DNA from: Actinomycetota bacterium
GTDB lineage: Bacteria > Actinomycetota > Actinomycetes > Actinomycetales > Microbacteriaceae
Assembly: GCA_041192365.1 (NCBI GenBank)
Contig: JBEENB010000003.1
Coordinates: 2,816-66,815 of the forward strand
Direction of reading: 5' to 3'
DNA: 64,000 nt
The notes beneath the pieces are model-generated. The model was given only the letters and a program-made list of their open reading frames with translations. It was not told where the DNA came from and ran no database searches. Below, piece by piece: positions 8,953-19,549 of the stretch. Position numbers and translations under genes: made by a program. Position 1 is the stretch's first letter. Each line of letters begins with the position of its first letter.

Positions 8953-9564
8953 CTACGCGATGAATGGTGCAGTGGCCCGTTGCTCAGCAATCGCAACGAC
9001 GAGCACCCCCACCACACGCAGCCCCGCCATGACGCACGCGTCGGTCGCTGCATCAATCGATGCACCAGTTGTCATTACGTCATCAACGATGACAACCCGG
9101 GACCCGATCGGAGGTCGTCGTGAACCGACATGGATGTTACGCCGGCGCCGCTCTATTCGATTGCGGCCCCGTTGCGTCCCGAGGTCGTCCATCAGTAAAC
9201 AGTTCGCAACCGTGAGTTCAGCGGCTCGCGCAATTGTCGACCCGAGTCCATACCCACGGGCAAGGAATCCCGGTCGCGACGACGGCACGGGAATCGCAAT
9301 CGCGTTTCCCCATGGCAGAGCCGCGTCGCGAAGCGCGCCACCGAGACGCCGAATCACAGCGTGGGCACTGCGATGCTTCGCCGCCAAGATGAGAGCCCGA
9401 AGCCCCCCGCGGTATGCCCCGAGCGCGACGAGCGGAATACCGCGTGAAGTGGTTGCACGGTGGGGCATGGCCGTGAAACGTCCGATACAGGTGTCACACA
9501 CCATGGCGCCCCACGTGGCGCATCCGACACAACGAGAGTCAAAGAAGTGTTCGATGAGATGCAC
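8953..9564 (-). CDS. comF: ComF-family phosphoribosyltransferase-domain protein
   Basis: 203 aa, GTG start. N-terminal Cys pairs CVGC...CDTC. PRTase motif VVIVDDVMTTGAS. Confidence 0.85.
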   Translation of the reverse strand: MHLIEHFFDSRCVGCATWGAMVCDTCIGRFTAMPHRATTSRGIPLVALGAYRGGLRALILAAKHRSAHAVIRRLGGALRDAALPWGNAIAIPVPSSRPGFLARGYGLGSTIARAAELTVANCLLMDDLGTQRGRNRIERRRRNIHVGSRRPPIGSRVVIVDDVMTTGASIDAATDACVMAGLRVVGVLVVAIAEQRATAPFIA

Positions 9565-9630
9565 GTCTCAACGGTGACGGAACCAACAAGGAATGGGCCG
9601 CCAAACCCGCCAATCGGTGGATAACCCGAC

Positions 9631-11271
9631 CTAGTGCTGGGTTGCGAGCATGTCCGCGGTAACCCCGGTGAAGCGCCACCCCTCGCCGCGCGGTTTCCAC
9701 AATTGACCGTCTGCGGAAATGACGACGAGCCCGTCGACGCCTCCGTTCCCGCCGGAAATCCGCATTGGATTCTGCGGTTGACCAATGAGCCGCGAGACCC
9801 CACCGACCGTCGCCAGCTCGGCGTGAACAATACCGTTGCGGTTTCCGAGAACTGCGACGTGAGTCGCGTCCGCCCACGCGAGATCGACAATGGAATCAGC
9901 GGAAACGGTGAGGTGACGGTAGTCGCTGACAAACTTCGGCCGACCGAGGAAATCAACCACGATTGCGCCCACGATGATGTATCCGAGCTCTCCTTCGTTG
10001 ATTCCAATAGCGATACGCGCATCGTCGCGGGAGACCTCAAGAGCGACTATCTGTGCGGAATTAGACCACGGTCCGCTGACGATAAAGTCCCGACCATCGG
10101 CGAATACTGAAATACGATTAGGCGATTCAGGTTCGACCCACCACACCGATTGTGAGCCGCCGATCTGGGGTTCAACCAATGGTGCTCGACGTGATAACCG
10201 CGTTAGCGTGTCGGCTAACAGATAAACCCCCGTGGGCGCACCGATTGCGGCAGTCCTCGTCGGCGCGTCGAACGAGACCGACGTCGGCTTAAGGCTCACA
10301 ATGCTCGCTGCATTCCAAAAGGTTGATTCAATCCCGGTCTCGGTTGAGTACCCGAAAGAGCTGTCCGAGAGGATGAGGGGGCGGTCGTCCACGCGTCGAT
10401 TGGGCTCGAGGCCAGGTACCGCCGCAATCGGCAGTAATAACCGGTTGACTGAAATCGCAGTTGTGTTGACACCGGGGAGTTCCCCGAGACTCGCCCCCAG
10501 TTGTGACAGCATGTCCTGCTGATCTGTAATTGAGGCCTTGGCGAGGTTGTCGGAAACGTCGACGGTCACATTTCCTAACTCGACGTCCGCCAGCACACCC
10601 ACCAATTCAGAACCTCGGGGAAACGCGGTCGACGCATTGGGCAAATACTCTGATGGGCCCTCGATGACCGCGCGAGCAACGGAATCCAGCGGGTTGCCTT
10701 GTCGGGCAAAGACCCGCACATCCGGGACGAAGGCGGTTCGATCAAAGTTGTAGAAGTATGCGGTGTATTCACCATAAGCCGAGGAAAAGGCCGATTCCGA
10801 AATGACGGTGCGGTTGGGCACATAGGACAGTCGCCACTCGCCGTCGACGCGTGAGAAACTGAAATTCAATTCAACGGTTTCGACCTGTGATGGGACCGTC
10901 AGCACGCCGTTTTCGTCCACCCTGGACTCAATCTCGGTTGAATAGGTCATCTCTGTTGCTGAAATTACTCTGGCGGAGTCTGAGCTTCCGCGCACGAATG
11001 TCCCCAAAGCCGGGTTCCACGTCAGCGCCATCTCAACCGTGAGATAACTCCGTGCAATTCGAAAATTGTTTTGCGGTGCAGATCCGGCGCTGATGAAACC
11101 ATCCAAAATCTCACGCTGCGTTGCGCCATCGTCTGGCCCCGGGGGCAAAAATTCGACATCAATTTGTGACTCAATCGTGTTGGGACCGCCGACAAGTACT
11201 GGCCCCGTGGTGGGAATTGTTGCGCATCCAGCGAGCGACAGAAGCGCAACAAAAATCACCGCCCTACGCAT
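9631..11271 (-). CDS. lpqB: lipoprotein LpqB (MtrAB accessory)
   Basis: ATG 11271 gives MRRAVIFVALLSLAGC, a signal peptide plus lipobox. Directly downstream of mtrB with an 8-nt overlap; the ORF-track start 11286 is a TTG. Confidence 0.9.
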   Translation of the reverse strand: MRRAVIFVALLSLAGCATIPTTGPVLVGGPNTIESQIDVEFLPPGPDDGATQREILDGFISAGSAPQNNFRIARSYLTVEMALTWNPALGTFVRGSSDSARVISATEMTYSTEIESRVDENGVLTVPSQVETVELNFSFSRVDGEWRLSYVPNRTVISESAFSSAYGEYTAYFYNFDRTAFVPDVRVFARQGNPLDSVARAVIEGPSEYLPNASTAFPRGSELVGVLADVELGNVTVDVSDNLAKASITDQQDMLSQLGASLGELPGVNTTAISVNRLLLPIAAVPGLEPNRRVDDRPLILSDSSFGYSTETGIESTFWNAASIVSLKPTSVSFDAPTRTAAIGAPTGVYLLADTLTRLSRRAPLVEPQIGGSQSVWWVEPESPNRISVFADGRDFIVSGPWSNSAQIVALEVSRDDARIAIGINEGELGYIIVGAIVVDFLGRPKFVSDYRHLTVSADSIVDLAWADATHVAVLGNRNGIVHAELATVGGVSRLIGQPQNPMRISGGNGGVDGLVVISADGQLWKPRGEGWRFTGVTADMLATQH

Positions 11272-12835
11272 CGGTTTCCTCGGCAATCGGTGGAAGTCCC
11301 AGAGGTGACACCGGATCTACCGAGCCACCCAGTGGAATCGTCAAGCGGAAGCACGCGCCACGCTCCGGTTCAGACCAGACGTCAATGACACCTCCGTGAA
11401 GTTTGGCGTATCCGAGAGCAATTGCGAGACCCAATCCCGTTCCGCCCGATTGGCGTTGGCGTGACGGGTCCGCTCGCCAAAACCGGTCGAATACTCGCTC
11501 GGCATCGGCCGATGTCATCCCGACCCCGTGGTCGCGAACAGCAAACGACACTGCCGAGGAAGTGGAATCCACCCACACCTCGATGGGTCCACCTTCTCCG
11601 TGGTCAAGCGCATTAGAGAGGAAGTTGTGCAGAATACGTCGAACGCGACGTGAATCGAGTTCAACCGCCTTGTGCCCGCCTGGCGCAAAGAGGGTAACCG
11701 TTGATCCTTGTGCACGAGCGAGGGTCGCCATCTGCTCAATGCACGACTGTGCAAGTGCCGCCGGAGCTACTTGCTCAAGTTCCAATTCCGCTGCGCCGGC
11801 ATCGTAACGAGACAATTCAATTAGTTCCGAGAGTAGTTCCTCGAAGGTCTCAATTTGGCGATTAAGCAACTCAGCCGCACGTGCCGAATCTTTGTCAAAG
11901 GTTTTGCGCTGTTTGAACAGCATGCTGCCGGCAAGTTTAATTGTCGTCAGTGGGGTCCGAAGTTCGTGCGAAACATCGGACACGAATTGTTGTTGCAGTG
12001 TTGAGAGCGTGGCCAGTCGATTGATCTGACCCGAAATCGATTCCGCCATTCGGTTGAACGATGTGGCTAACTGGGCTGAAACATCAGTGCCCTCAACTTC
12101 GATTCGCTCGTCAAGGTTACCGTCGGCAAATCGTTCCGCCGTAGCTGCCGTTGTCATAATTGGCTGAATTGACCGTGTGGTGACGAACCACACAATGAGC
12201 CCGGTGATGACGACGAAGAATAACTCGCCTGCTGCGAGAGCGCTTTGCACAAACGCAAGGTTCCCCTCAACATCCTCCAGGTCATAGACCAATACGAGAT
12301 CATATCGACCAGCTACGGGGACGTCGATGTTGGTTCCCGTAACAATTCCCGGCGACCCACCGGGCACCTCCACCGATTGATAGTGCACGTTGGTCCGATC
12401 GCCCTGGACCGCCGCTCGAAGCGCATCGCTCACGACCGCCAAGGGGAAACCCGCGGACGAGGAACTCGTCATGACGCGGTCAGTAGTTTGACTCGGTGCG
12501 CGAAGGATGGCGAATCCGATCAGGCCAGGTGAATTGGTTGTTGCCCGAATTGCGGCTTGTGCTCTGGAATTTGCCTCTTCGAGATCGATGACACCCACGT
12601 TACCCAGGGCACGATCGAATTGAGCTTGAACAGTGCCCAATACAGCCTGCGTTTCAGAAACTACTTCGTTGCGACGCGACTCGAAGAGATTCCTTTCGAT
12701 TGTGAATGACAAGAATCCTCCGACTGCAAGGACGGCAACGAGCGAGAGTCCGACGGAAACTGCCGTCATGCGCAGGCGAAGAGAACCGACCCACGCCTCC
12801 CGAGTTTGTCGGACAATTTGGGCGATAAATTTCAT
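11264..12835 (-). CDS. mtrB: sensor histidine kinase MtrB
   Basis: 523 aa with two TM segments and a HAMP region. H-box SHELRTPLT, HATPase motifs NALDHG and DHGVGM...GGTGLGLAI. ATGA overlap with mtrA. Confidence 0.93.
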   Translation of the reverse strand: MKFIAQIVRQTREAWVGSLRLRMTAVSVGLSLVAVLAVGGFLSFTIERNLFESRRNEVVSETQAVLGTVQAQFDRALGNVGVIDLEEANSRAQAAIRATTNSPGLIGFAILRAPSQTTDRVMTSSSSAGFPLAVVSDALRAAVQGDRTNVHYQSVEVPGGSPGIVTGTNIDVPVAGRYDLVLVYDLEDVEGNLAFVQSALAAGELFFVVITGLIVWFVTTRSIQPIMTTAATAERFADGNLDERIEVEGTDVSAQLATSFNRMAESISGQINRLATLSTLQQQFVSDVSHELRTPLTTIKLAGSMLFKQRKTFDKDSARAAELLNRQIETFEELLSELIELSRYDAGAAELELEQVAPAALAQSCIEQMATLARAQGSTVTLFAPGGHKAVELDSRRVRRILHNFLSNALDHGEGGPIEVWVDSTSSAVSFAVRDHGVGMTSADAERVFDRFWRADPSRQRQSGGTGLGLAIALGYAKLHGGVIDVWSEPERGACFRLTIPLGGSVDPVSPLGLPPIAEETDA

Positions 12836-13518
12836 GATGGGATGATTTCACCCGCGCGATAACCCACGCCGCGGACCGTGAGAACAATCTTCGGGTCATC
12901 GACGTCGCGTTCCACCTTGGACCGCAGCCGCTGCACGTGCACGTTAACGAGTCGAGTGTCCGCTTTGTACTGGTAACCCCACACCTGCTCCAAGAGCGCT
13001 TCGCGCGAGAACACTTCGGTTGGACGGGATGCGAGCGTGTGCAGCAATTCGAATTCGAGAGGGGTTAGTGAAATAGGGACTCCGTCGCGCGAAACGGCGT
13101 GTCCGCGCAGGTCGATCACGATGTCTCCCACGCTGAGTGAACTGGACGAGGTGGAGAGTGGCCGCCGCATACACGCCTTGATACGGGCGCTGAGGATCTG
13201 CTCGTTGAAGGGTTTTTCGACGTAGTCATCCGCACCCGCTTCGAGCCCGTGGATGATATCTTGCGGATCCGTGCGCGCGGTCAACATGATGATGGATGTT
13301 CCCGCGTGCTCGCGAATCGATCGACAGACGGATATCCCATCGACCCCGGGCAGGTTGAGGTCGAGAAGAACAAGGTGCGGCTGGTACTCGTCAAAGACAT
13401 CCAACGCTTGGGGTCCACTCGTGGCGACGCGAGTGTCGTACCCCTCTCCGTGCAAGAACATTTCAAGGACCTCACCGATGCTCGGGTCGTCATCGACGAT
13501 CAAGATGCGTGCGAGCAT
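12832..13518 (-). CDS. mtrA: OmpR-family response regulator MtrA
   Basis: ATG 13518 (MLARILIVDDD) preceded by AAGGAG with a 5-nt spacer. Receiver Asp in LLDLNLPGVDG. Winged-helix C-terminus. Confidence 0.95.
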   Translation of the reverse strand: MLARILIVDDDPSIGEVLEMFLHGEGYDTRVATSGPQALDVFDEYQPHLVLLDLNLPGVDGISVCRSIREHAGTSIIMLTARTDPQDIIHGLEAGADDYVEKPFNEQILSARIKACMRRPLSTSSSSLSVGDIVIDLRGHAVSRDGVPISLTPLEFELLHTLASRPTEVFSREALLEQVWGYQYKADTRLVNVHVQRLRSKVERDVDDPKIVLTVRGVGYRAGEIIPS

Positions 13519-13551
13519 GACAACTCCTTCCACTCGGTTATGTTCATTGTT

Positions 13552-14994
13552 CTATTTCTGACGAATGATTGCGAGTGCTTCGTCTCGAACTGATGTCATC
13601 AGCTCGGGAGTCCCGCCCTCGACATTGAGTCGAAGCAGTGGTTCAGTATTGGAAGGGCGAACGTTGAACCACCAAAACTTTCGCACCTCATCAGCGACGG
13701 GCGGAAGCGCCGTGTCGTCAATCGGACCGCCTGACACGGTGAGCCCGTCGAGCGTATCAACCGTTCCGCGACCTTCGAATGCGGCCCGAATTCTGTCCAA
13801 CGTGGCGGGGACATCCGTAACGGTTGAGTTGATTTCCCCGCTTTGAGCATAGGGCGAATAGCCCGCGGAAATGTCGGATAGTGGGCTTGCCTGAGATCCA
13901 AATTCGGCGAGGACATGCATCGCGGCCAGCATCCCGTTGTCGGCTCCCCAAAAATCGCGGAAGTAATAGTGCGCGGAGTGCTCGCCACCGAACACCGCAC
14001 CACTCTCGCGCATGATGTCTTTGATGAGTGAGTGCCCGACGTTCGTTCTAACGGGCTTTGCGCCAGCACCTCGAATCACCTCGGGAACGATCAACGACGT
14101 GATGAGATTGTGCAACACGGTGATTGACGAATCGCCTGATGCACGCACCCGTCCGATTTCCCGAAGCGCCACGACTGCTGCAACGGCGCTCGGCGAAACG
14201 GGGTCACCGTTTTCATCGACGACAAAGCACCTATCCGCGTCGCCATCGAAAGCGAGCCCCATGTCGGCCTTGTGCGCAACAACGGCTTTCTGCAAATCAA
14301 CCAGGTTCGCCGGCTCGAGCGGGTTTGCTTCGTGGTTAGGGAAGGTGCCGTCCAATTCGAAATAGAGCGGAATGATTTCAATGGGCAACTCCGGGAGGCC
14401 GGCCGCTGTTCCCAACACAGCTGGTACCGTCAAACCACCCATCCCGTTTCCGGCATCGACAACGACTTTCAGCGGTCGAATGCTCGACAGGTCGACAAGT
14501 GTTCGAAGGTACGTCGCGTACTCGGCGAGGACGTCGCGGGTCGTCGATTCACCGGGTTTGGCCACGACCGTGATTCCCGATTCGAGATACGCTGCGGCAC
14601 GATCGCGAATTGCGGCAAGCCCCGTGTCAAGGCTGATTCCTTGAGCGCCTGCGCGCGAAAACTTGATGCCGTTGTAGGCCGCGGGGTTGTGCGACGCAGT
14701 GAACATCGCCGCTGGCGCGTTCCATGACCCCGAGGCGAAATAGGACTCGTCCGTCGAGCAGAGCCCAATATTGGTGACGTTCGCACCACGCGCCGTAGCT
14801 CCTCGAATGAACGCCGCCGCGAAACCGGGCGACGAGTCGCGCATGTCGTGGCCGACAACAACTGTCGCACCCGCTGCACCGACCTCGTCGACAAAACCTG
14901 CGGCAAGTGCTTCGACGACGTCATCCGTCAATTCAGCACCCACGAGCCCGCGCACGTCATATGTTTTGACAAAGCGGGTCAAATCGACAGTCAT
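13552..14994 (-). CDS. manB: phosphomannomutase/phosphoglucomutase
   Basis: 480 aa. Phosphoserine loop TASHNPAAYNGIK, Mg site FDGDADR. GGGAGG RBS 6 nt before the ATG. Confidence 0.92.
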   Translation of the reverse strand: MTVDLTRFVKTYDVRGLVGAELTDDVVEALAAGFVDEVGAAGATVVVGHDMRDSSPGFAAAFIRGATARGANVTNIGLCSTDESYFASGSWNAPAAMFTASHNPAAYNGIKFSRAGAQGISLDTGLAAIRDRAAAYLESGITVVAKPGESTTRDVLAEYATYLRTLVDLSSIRPLKVVVDAGNGMGGLTVPAVLGTAAGLPELPIEIIPLYFELDGTFPNHEANPLEPANLVDLQKAVVAHKADMGLAFDGDADRCFVVDENGDPVSPSAVAAVVALREIGRVRASGDSSITVLHNLITSLIVPEVIRGAGAKPVRTNVGHSLIKDIMRESGAVFGGEHSAHYYFRDFWGADNGMLAAMHVLAEFGSQASPLSDISAGYSPYAQSGEINSTVTDVPATLDRIRAAFEGRGTVDTLDGLTVSGGPIDDTALPPVADEVRKFWWFNVRPSNTEPLLRLNVEGGTPELMTSVRDEALAIIRQK

Positions 14995-15057
14995 TCGTTA
15001 CCTCCCATCGGTCTGTTCACGATACCGCACGAGGTTCCACCGCGAGGAGGTAGCGAA

Positions 15058-15063
15058 TAGGCT
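15058..15063 (+). promoter_or_regulatory. candidate -10 element (TAGGCT) of a leaderless transcript
   Basis: TAGGCT ends 6 nt before ATG 15070. No SD within 15 nt. Confidence 0.5.
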
Positions 15064-15069
15064 GGATGC

Positions 15070-15486
15070 ATGTCCGGCTCACGTACAACCCGAAATCGGC
15101 ACGGTCGTCAACTCCGTTCCGATGTTCGAGGCATTGCCGCCATCGGCACGGGCGGCCGAAACGCCAGGTTCGAGGAAATCGCGAAGGACGTCGTCAATTA
15201 TTTGTGCGACGTGCAACCGACATTGATGCACGACATCCAGGTCGAGATGACGCTGCTCCCTAGCGCCGAACGCGCTGACGGAGTTCCTCGCCGATGGACT
15301 GCGCTTCGGAGCGAACGTCGCGTAATCCTCTATCGGCTTCCCATCGAGCGTGGTTCCAAGCTTCATCGCGAAGACGATTGGCACCGGCGCAATAACATTG
15401 AAACAATCGTGATCGAGGCGATTGCTGACCTTATCGACATTGATCCTTACGATTTAGCACCGAACCGATACTTCCCTCACGCTTAG
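15070..15486 (+). CDS. Rv3259-like conserved actinobacterial protein (databases label this family metallopeptidase-like)
   Basis: 138 aa. RRVILYRLPIERGSK...IETIVIEAIADLIDIDPYDL resembles my recollection of Rv3259 (RIVLFRKPIERRAK...VATYLDVDPSVIDP). No HExxH motif seen. Same neighbourhood (manB, whiB2) as in Mtb. Confidence 0.6.
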   Translation: MSGSRTTRNRHGRQLRSDVRGIAAIGTGGRNARFEEIAKDVVNYLCDVQPTLMHDIQVEMTLLPSAERADGVPRRWTALRSERRVILYRLPIERGSKLHREDDWHRRNNIETIVIEAIADLIDIDPYDLAPNRYFPHA

Positions 15487-16844
15487 CCGTGGATGACGAC
15501 GACACTGGACGCATCGATAGGTGCCGTCAAGCCCCGAAGAGTGGCGATGCCGTCGCGGGTCAGGACAAAAATTGTGTTCGAAATCGGTGAATTTGAGGTC
15601 ACCGTCAGCATCCCTTTCGCTACGGGTATCAGCAGGTTTCCGTGGGCAGGGACAACGACCTTTTCCGCGATATCCCCGCCGTGCACGATTGTGACCGTCG
15701 CATCAGACGCTCCGAAATTGGTGAGTCCCAGTAAGGAGCCACCCGGCACCATCACCGATGCGACGCCCGTTTGCGCGGGTGCGGCGCTAGCCCAGCCCAG
15801 GTCCGTGATTCCTTTCGATGCATCATTAAAGCCGACCCGCGCCGCCGCAACAATCGGCTGATCTGATTCCACCGAGACCGCCCAATAGCCTTCACTCAAC
15901 TCGGTAATCGGAAGATCAAGCGTGGACCCGGCTGGAACCGACGCCGTGACGACTTGGGGTTCCCCCTCGGCGTATGGGTCCAGAGTGATTGTTATTGTCG
16001 CGTCGGCATCACCCGGAGCGAGGAATCGCAGTGCAGCGACAACATCGGAATATGACGGGTCGACGAGGAGTTTGCCAATAGATTTCTCTGACGGCAGGTG
16101 AAGAACCGGGAACGATATCGAGGTGTTTGGCGCAGCGACCGGTCCGATGCGATCCAACCCTCCCGGCACGAGCCCTCTGACAACGGTGGTTTGAAGCGTC
16201 GCCCACACGGCTGCCCCGTTACTCACAAGACGGATGACGGGAGACGCTTCGTCGGGTGCGAATCCAGCGACGGAATAAGAGCGTTGTGATTTCGCTGGGA
16301 TGACAATTCCTTGAGAGCCCGGTGCGTCCACTTTCCCGGCCGAGCCCCAGATTTCTAGATCGATTCGCGCCTCGACATCACTGCCGTTCGAAATCGTCAC
16401 AATGGTGTCCCGACCCGTCGTCGTGCTGCCGCCAATCAACCACTGGTCATTCAGGGGGTCACCGCACTCGGTCGCGAGATACCCCACTATCGATTCGGTG
16501 TCGACGGAGTTGTACTCGGTTGCCGCCACATGGAGTGAATCCCCAGAGTTCGTGAATACCGAACCATTCGTCGTCGAATCCCTCGCGAGGTCCGCGGGAA
16601 CGTCCCCGCCGGACACGACCCGAGTCGTCGGACTGATGCTCGAAATAATAGCCGAATCTCCAACATAACCAACGACGTCGCCTGAACACACGATGCTCCT
16701 CGTGACCGACCAGGGCGATATCACCGTTGTTAGTGGGGCAATCCCCGTCGACAGTGGAGTCGGAATGAATGCAACGGAATAAGCCGAGAAACCCAGTGCG
16801 GTGAGCCCGGCTGCGCCGATCGTGATCTTGCTAAGAATGCTCAT
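15483..16844 (-). CDS. membrane-anchored/secreted protein of unknown function (DUF5719-like)
   Basis: 453 aa. N-terminal anchor ITIGAAGLTALGFSAYSVAF, then a long Ser/Thr/Gly/Val-rich beta-type region. 14-nt overlap with the upstream giant GT2. Confidence 0.6.
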   Translation of the reverse strand: MSILSKITIGAAGLTALGFSAYSVAFIPTPLSTGIAPLTTVISPWSVTRSIVCSGDVVGYVGDSAIISSISPTTRVVSGGDVPADLARDSTTNGSVFTNSGDSLHVAATEYNSVDTESIVGYLATECGDPLNDQWLIGGSTTTGRDTIVTISNGSDVEARIDLEIWGSAGKVDAPGSQGIVIPAKSQRSYSVAGFAPDEASPVIRLVSNGAAVWATLQTTVVRGLVPGGLDRIGPVAAPNTSISFPVLHLPSEKSIGKLLVDPSYSDVVAALRFLAPGDADATITITLDPYAEGEPQVVTASVPAGSTLDLPITELSEGYWAVSVESDQPIVAAARVGFNDASKGITDLGWASAAPAQTGVASVMVPGGSLLGLTNFGASDATVTIVHGGDIAEKVVVPAHGNLLIPVAKGMLTVTSNSPISNTIFVLTRDGIATLRGLTAPIDASSVVVIHG

Positions 16845-19530
16845 CGTCGACCTCTCCTGTCACTGGCGTGAGGTCATCCATCACGGGCCGACGGCGGGGT
16901 AGCGAGGTGGGAACTGCGGCGATGAGAGCCACCAGTCCGACGAGACCAAGAATTAAGCGAAATGCGAGGTCGGGGGAACGATTCACCGGCGTGGCCTCGA
17001 TCACTTCATCGACGCGCCACAGGATTCCACGATCGGTAACACCGACCGACGTGAGCCCCGCGTGCGACGCGATCGCGGACACCTCGGGCGCGGTCGGCAA
17101 TGCCTCGAGCACGATAAATCTGATGCCCGCTTCAGACACGGCGGCGACAACGTCGAAGCCGCTTTCGACAATCAAGTTGGCGGCGAGCTCGGCGATTGCG
17201 GCCTCGTGTTCCGCCAGTGTCTGTCGCGTGGCCGCTGCGGCGGTCCACTCAACGAGTGTCACACCGGCGTCTCGTTGCAATTCCGCGCGGATTCCATCGG
17301 CCGTCGGTGTCAAGATAAGCGTCGCCCCTCCGGGGTGCGCGGTCGTTTCCGCCTCCACATAAGCGGGAAGAGTTCTCACGCTGGTGGGTGAAACAAGCGA
17401 CATCCCGGTTGCAACTGCCGTAAGCGGAACGAATCCCACCGCGGCGAGCACCGCGACCGCGATGGGTGCAAGGAATCCCGCGGCGAAGCGAATCGCAGCA
17501 ATGGTGATGGCCGTGCCACTGAGGAGCCCAAACCACACCACGTCATAGAGCGGTCCTGGGAACAACCCGACCACCTGACCCTCAGACAACGCGAGCGTCA
17601 GCGGACCAAGTGCCGCCCAGGTCAAAAGTGCCGTTGCCCCCAGCACAAGTAGTGCACCGACGCGAGGGTTTTCCGCGACCACCACCGCGATCACCGTCAA
17701 CGACAGGCACACGGCGACGACGACAAAGGCCGCGAGAGTTGCGATCTCAGTGTCCACACCCGGGAAGCTCGGCATAGTGGGCCACAGCGTGAGCGACACG
17801 ACACCGTGCGGTGCTCCTGTCGGGAACGGTAATCCACGATCCGCAAAGTATGTCACCGGGTTTGTCACGGAGGCCACGATTCGTGGCCACTCGAACGCCA
17901 GGGCCGGCGCCAGCGCAAAGATCGCGCTCGGCGTGCCGGTAACGGAACGAATGATGACGGCGACAAGAATTACGGGTGCCAGGGCCGGAACGGACACCCA
18001 CACTATTGCACTGAGAATCGACGCCCAGCCGAGCGACAGAGTGGTGGAACCCGAGATTGCTCGCGCAAAGAGAGGCAGGGCGATGTGCGCGAGCACCGCG
18101 GTGATGCGCCCTTCAGAAACTGCTACGTGCAATGTCGGGAGGAGCGCCCACCCCGCTCCAACCACGACCGCCGCGCGCGAGTTCGTGGTCACTGATCCCG
18201 CTCCGACAAATCCCGAGACGAACGACAGCGGAATCGCAAGGGCAAAAAGGCTGACGACGACGAGGTTGGGGTTCCACCACGTGAGCGAACCCACAATTCC
18301 CAACAGGGCGGCAAATCCATCCGGTGCGGCGGTCATTCCGCCCGCAACGTCACTCCACGTTGCGCCGATCGCGTCCAACGCTTCCGTTGCGGTGGTGGGC
18401 ATCGGAATCAACGCACCGCCCGACAGCGCGGTTGCGCCGAGGAAACGGCCGCCCAATACCAATCCGACAACTGTTGCTAAACCCGTGAACCACATCGCCA
18501 CGGCACGGAACTCGAGGCGAGGGGTGTCATCGGCCGCTTCCCGTTGTGCGCGCTCGTCATCCTGTTGCAGTGCCCGACGGTGTCGAAGATCGGAAAGGGA
18601 GACAAACAGACGCCCGCCGGCCACTGGATTGGTCATCATTGTCCGATAGAAACGATGGGAGCGAGCAATCGCGCCCAGGTCGAGGACACCCGCGACCGAA
18701 CCTCGCCATTCAGCGAACGGGTTCACACGCTTTCGCAAAAATCGCACAAAACCCCTAAACAGCGCTCCGAGAGTCAGTCCGAACGCCCGAAACGGCCGGA
18801 CCGCTGGGGGGCCGTAGACCAGTACACGATGTGCGCGGGCACGCGCCTCTTCGCGTTCTGCCTGCGACTCGGACACCTCACCCGCGAGTGCCTCGTAGGA
18901 CGTCACGGCTGTATCAATCACCGCCGTCGGCACGACCTCAACGAGCCAGCCAGCGCTTCGAGCCCGAAAACAAAAATCCAGTGCGCCGCCGAGCGCGGGA
19001 AGGGCTGGGTCAAAACCGTTCAACGACGTCCACACCGATCGACGAACGAGCATGCCCGCCTCACCGACGGCGAGAACATCACTGGTTCGATCAAACTGGG
19101 CCTGATCCAGTTCTCGCTCGGCGATTTGGAAGGCGTGCCCCGATCGGGTCATTGACTCGCCCATTTCACGAATCGTGACGGGAGACTGTGCATCCATTTG
19201 CTTTGGCCCAACAATCCCGACGGACGGGGATGTGTCAAGAATTGATGCCAACGCAGTGAACGCACCAGGTCGGACGCTCGTATCGTCGCGCAGGATCCAC
19301 ACAGTTTCGGCGGAGGAATCGAGCATGGCGCGATCGACTGCGTGAGACAGCGAGAGTGTCGGCGATCCGACGATTTCAGCCTGTCCGTTGAGGCGAACGG
19401 AATTTCCGGTGAGATTTACCACGGTAACAGTGCCGGGAACCTTGTCCGCCGCCAGGGACAGCAGGGTTGTCGAAAGTCGTTCGGGGTGCCGCCGTGTGAC
19501 CACGACAACCGCGAGTGAGTCGCGAATCAT
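16831..19530 (-). CDS. large membrane glycosyltransferase: N-terminal GT2 (GT-A) domain fused to a polytopic membrane domain
   Basis: 899 aa. GT-A features AVVVVTRRHPERL, ILRDDT (DxD-like), GEAGMLVRRSVW. Then more than 10 hydrophobic helices and an extracytoplasmic C-terminal region. GAGGAG RBS; 19 nt downstream of whiB2. Confidence 0.8.
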   Translation of the reverse strand: MIRDSLAVVVVTRRHPERLSTTLLSLAADKVPGTVTVVNLTGNSVRLNGQAEIVGSPTLSLSHAVDRAMLDSSAETVWILRDDTSVRPGAFTALASILDTSPSVGIVGPKQMDAQSPVTIREMGESMTRSGHAFQIAERELDQAQFDRTSDVLAVGEAGMLVRRSVWTSLNGFDPALPALGGALDFCFRARSAGWLVEVVPTAVIDTAVTSYEALAGEVSESQAEREEARARAHRVLVYGPPAVRPFRAFGLTLGALFRGFVRFLRKRVNPFAEWRGSVAGVLDLGAIARSHRFYRTMMTNPVAGGRLFVSLSDLRHRRALQQDDERAQREAADDTPRLEFRAVAMWFTGLATVVGLVLGGRFLGATALSGGALIPMPTTATEALDAIGATWSDVAGGMTAAPDGFAALLGIVGSLTWWNPNLVVVSLFALAIPLSFVSGFVGAGSVTTNSRAAVVVGAGWALLPTLHVAVSEGRITAVLAHIALPLFARAISGSTTLSLGWASILSAIVWVSVPALAPVILVAVIIRSVTGTPSAIFALAPALAFEWPRIVASVTNPVTYFADRGLPFPTGAPHGVVSLTLWPTMPSFPGVDTEIATLAAFVVVAVCLSLTVIAVVVAENPRVGALLVLGATALLTWAALGPLTLALSEGQVVGLFPGPLYDVVWFGLLSGTAITIAAIRFAAGFLAPIAVAVLAAVGFVPLTAVATGMSLVSPTSVRTLPAYVEAETTAHPGGATLILTPTADGIRAELQRDAGVTLVEWTAAAATRQTLAEHEAAIAELAANLIVESGFDVVAAVSEAGIRFIVLEALPTAPEVSAIASHAGLTSVGVTDRGILWRVDEVIEATPVNRSPDLAFRLILGLVGLVALIAAVPTSLPRRRPVMDDLTPVTGEVDDEHS

Positions 19531-19549
19531 CGAACCGACTCCTCAGTCC

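Noticed and set aside
8872-9123. Small ORF (83 aa) in and beyond the comF-secA spacer as a possible hpf remnant
   Set aside because: No S30AE-like sequence. Most of it is antisense to comF, with no start context.
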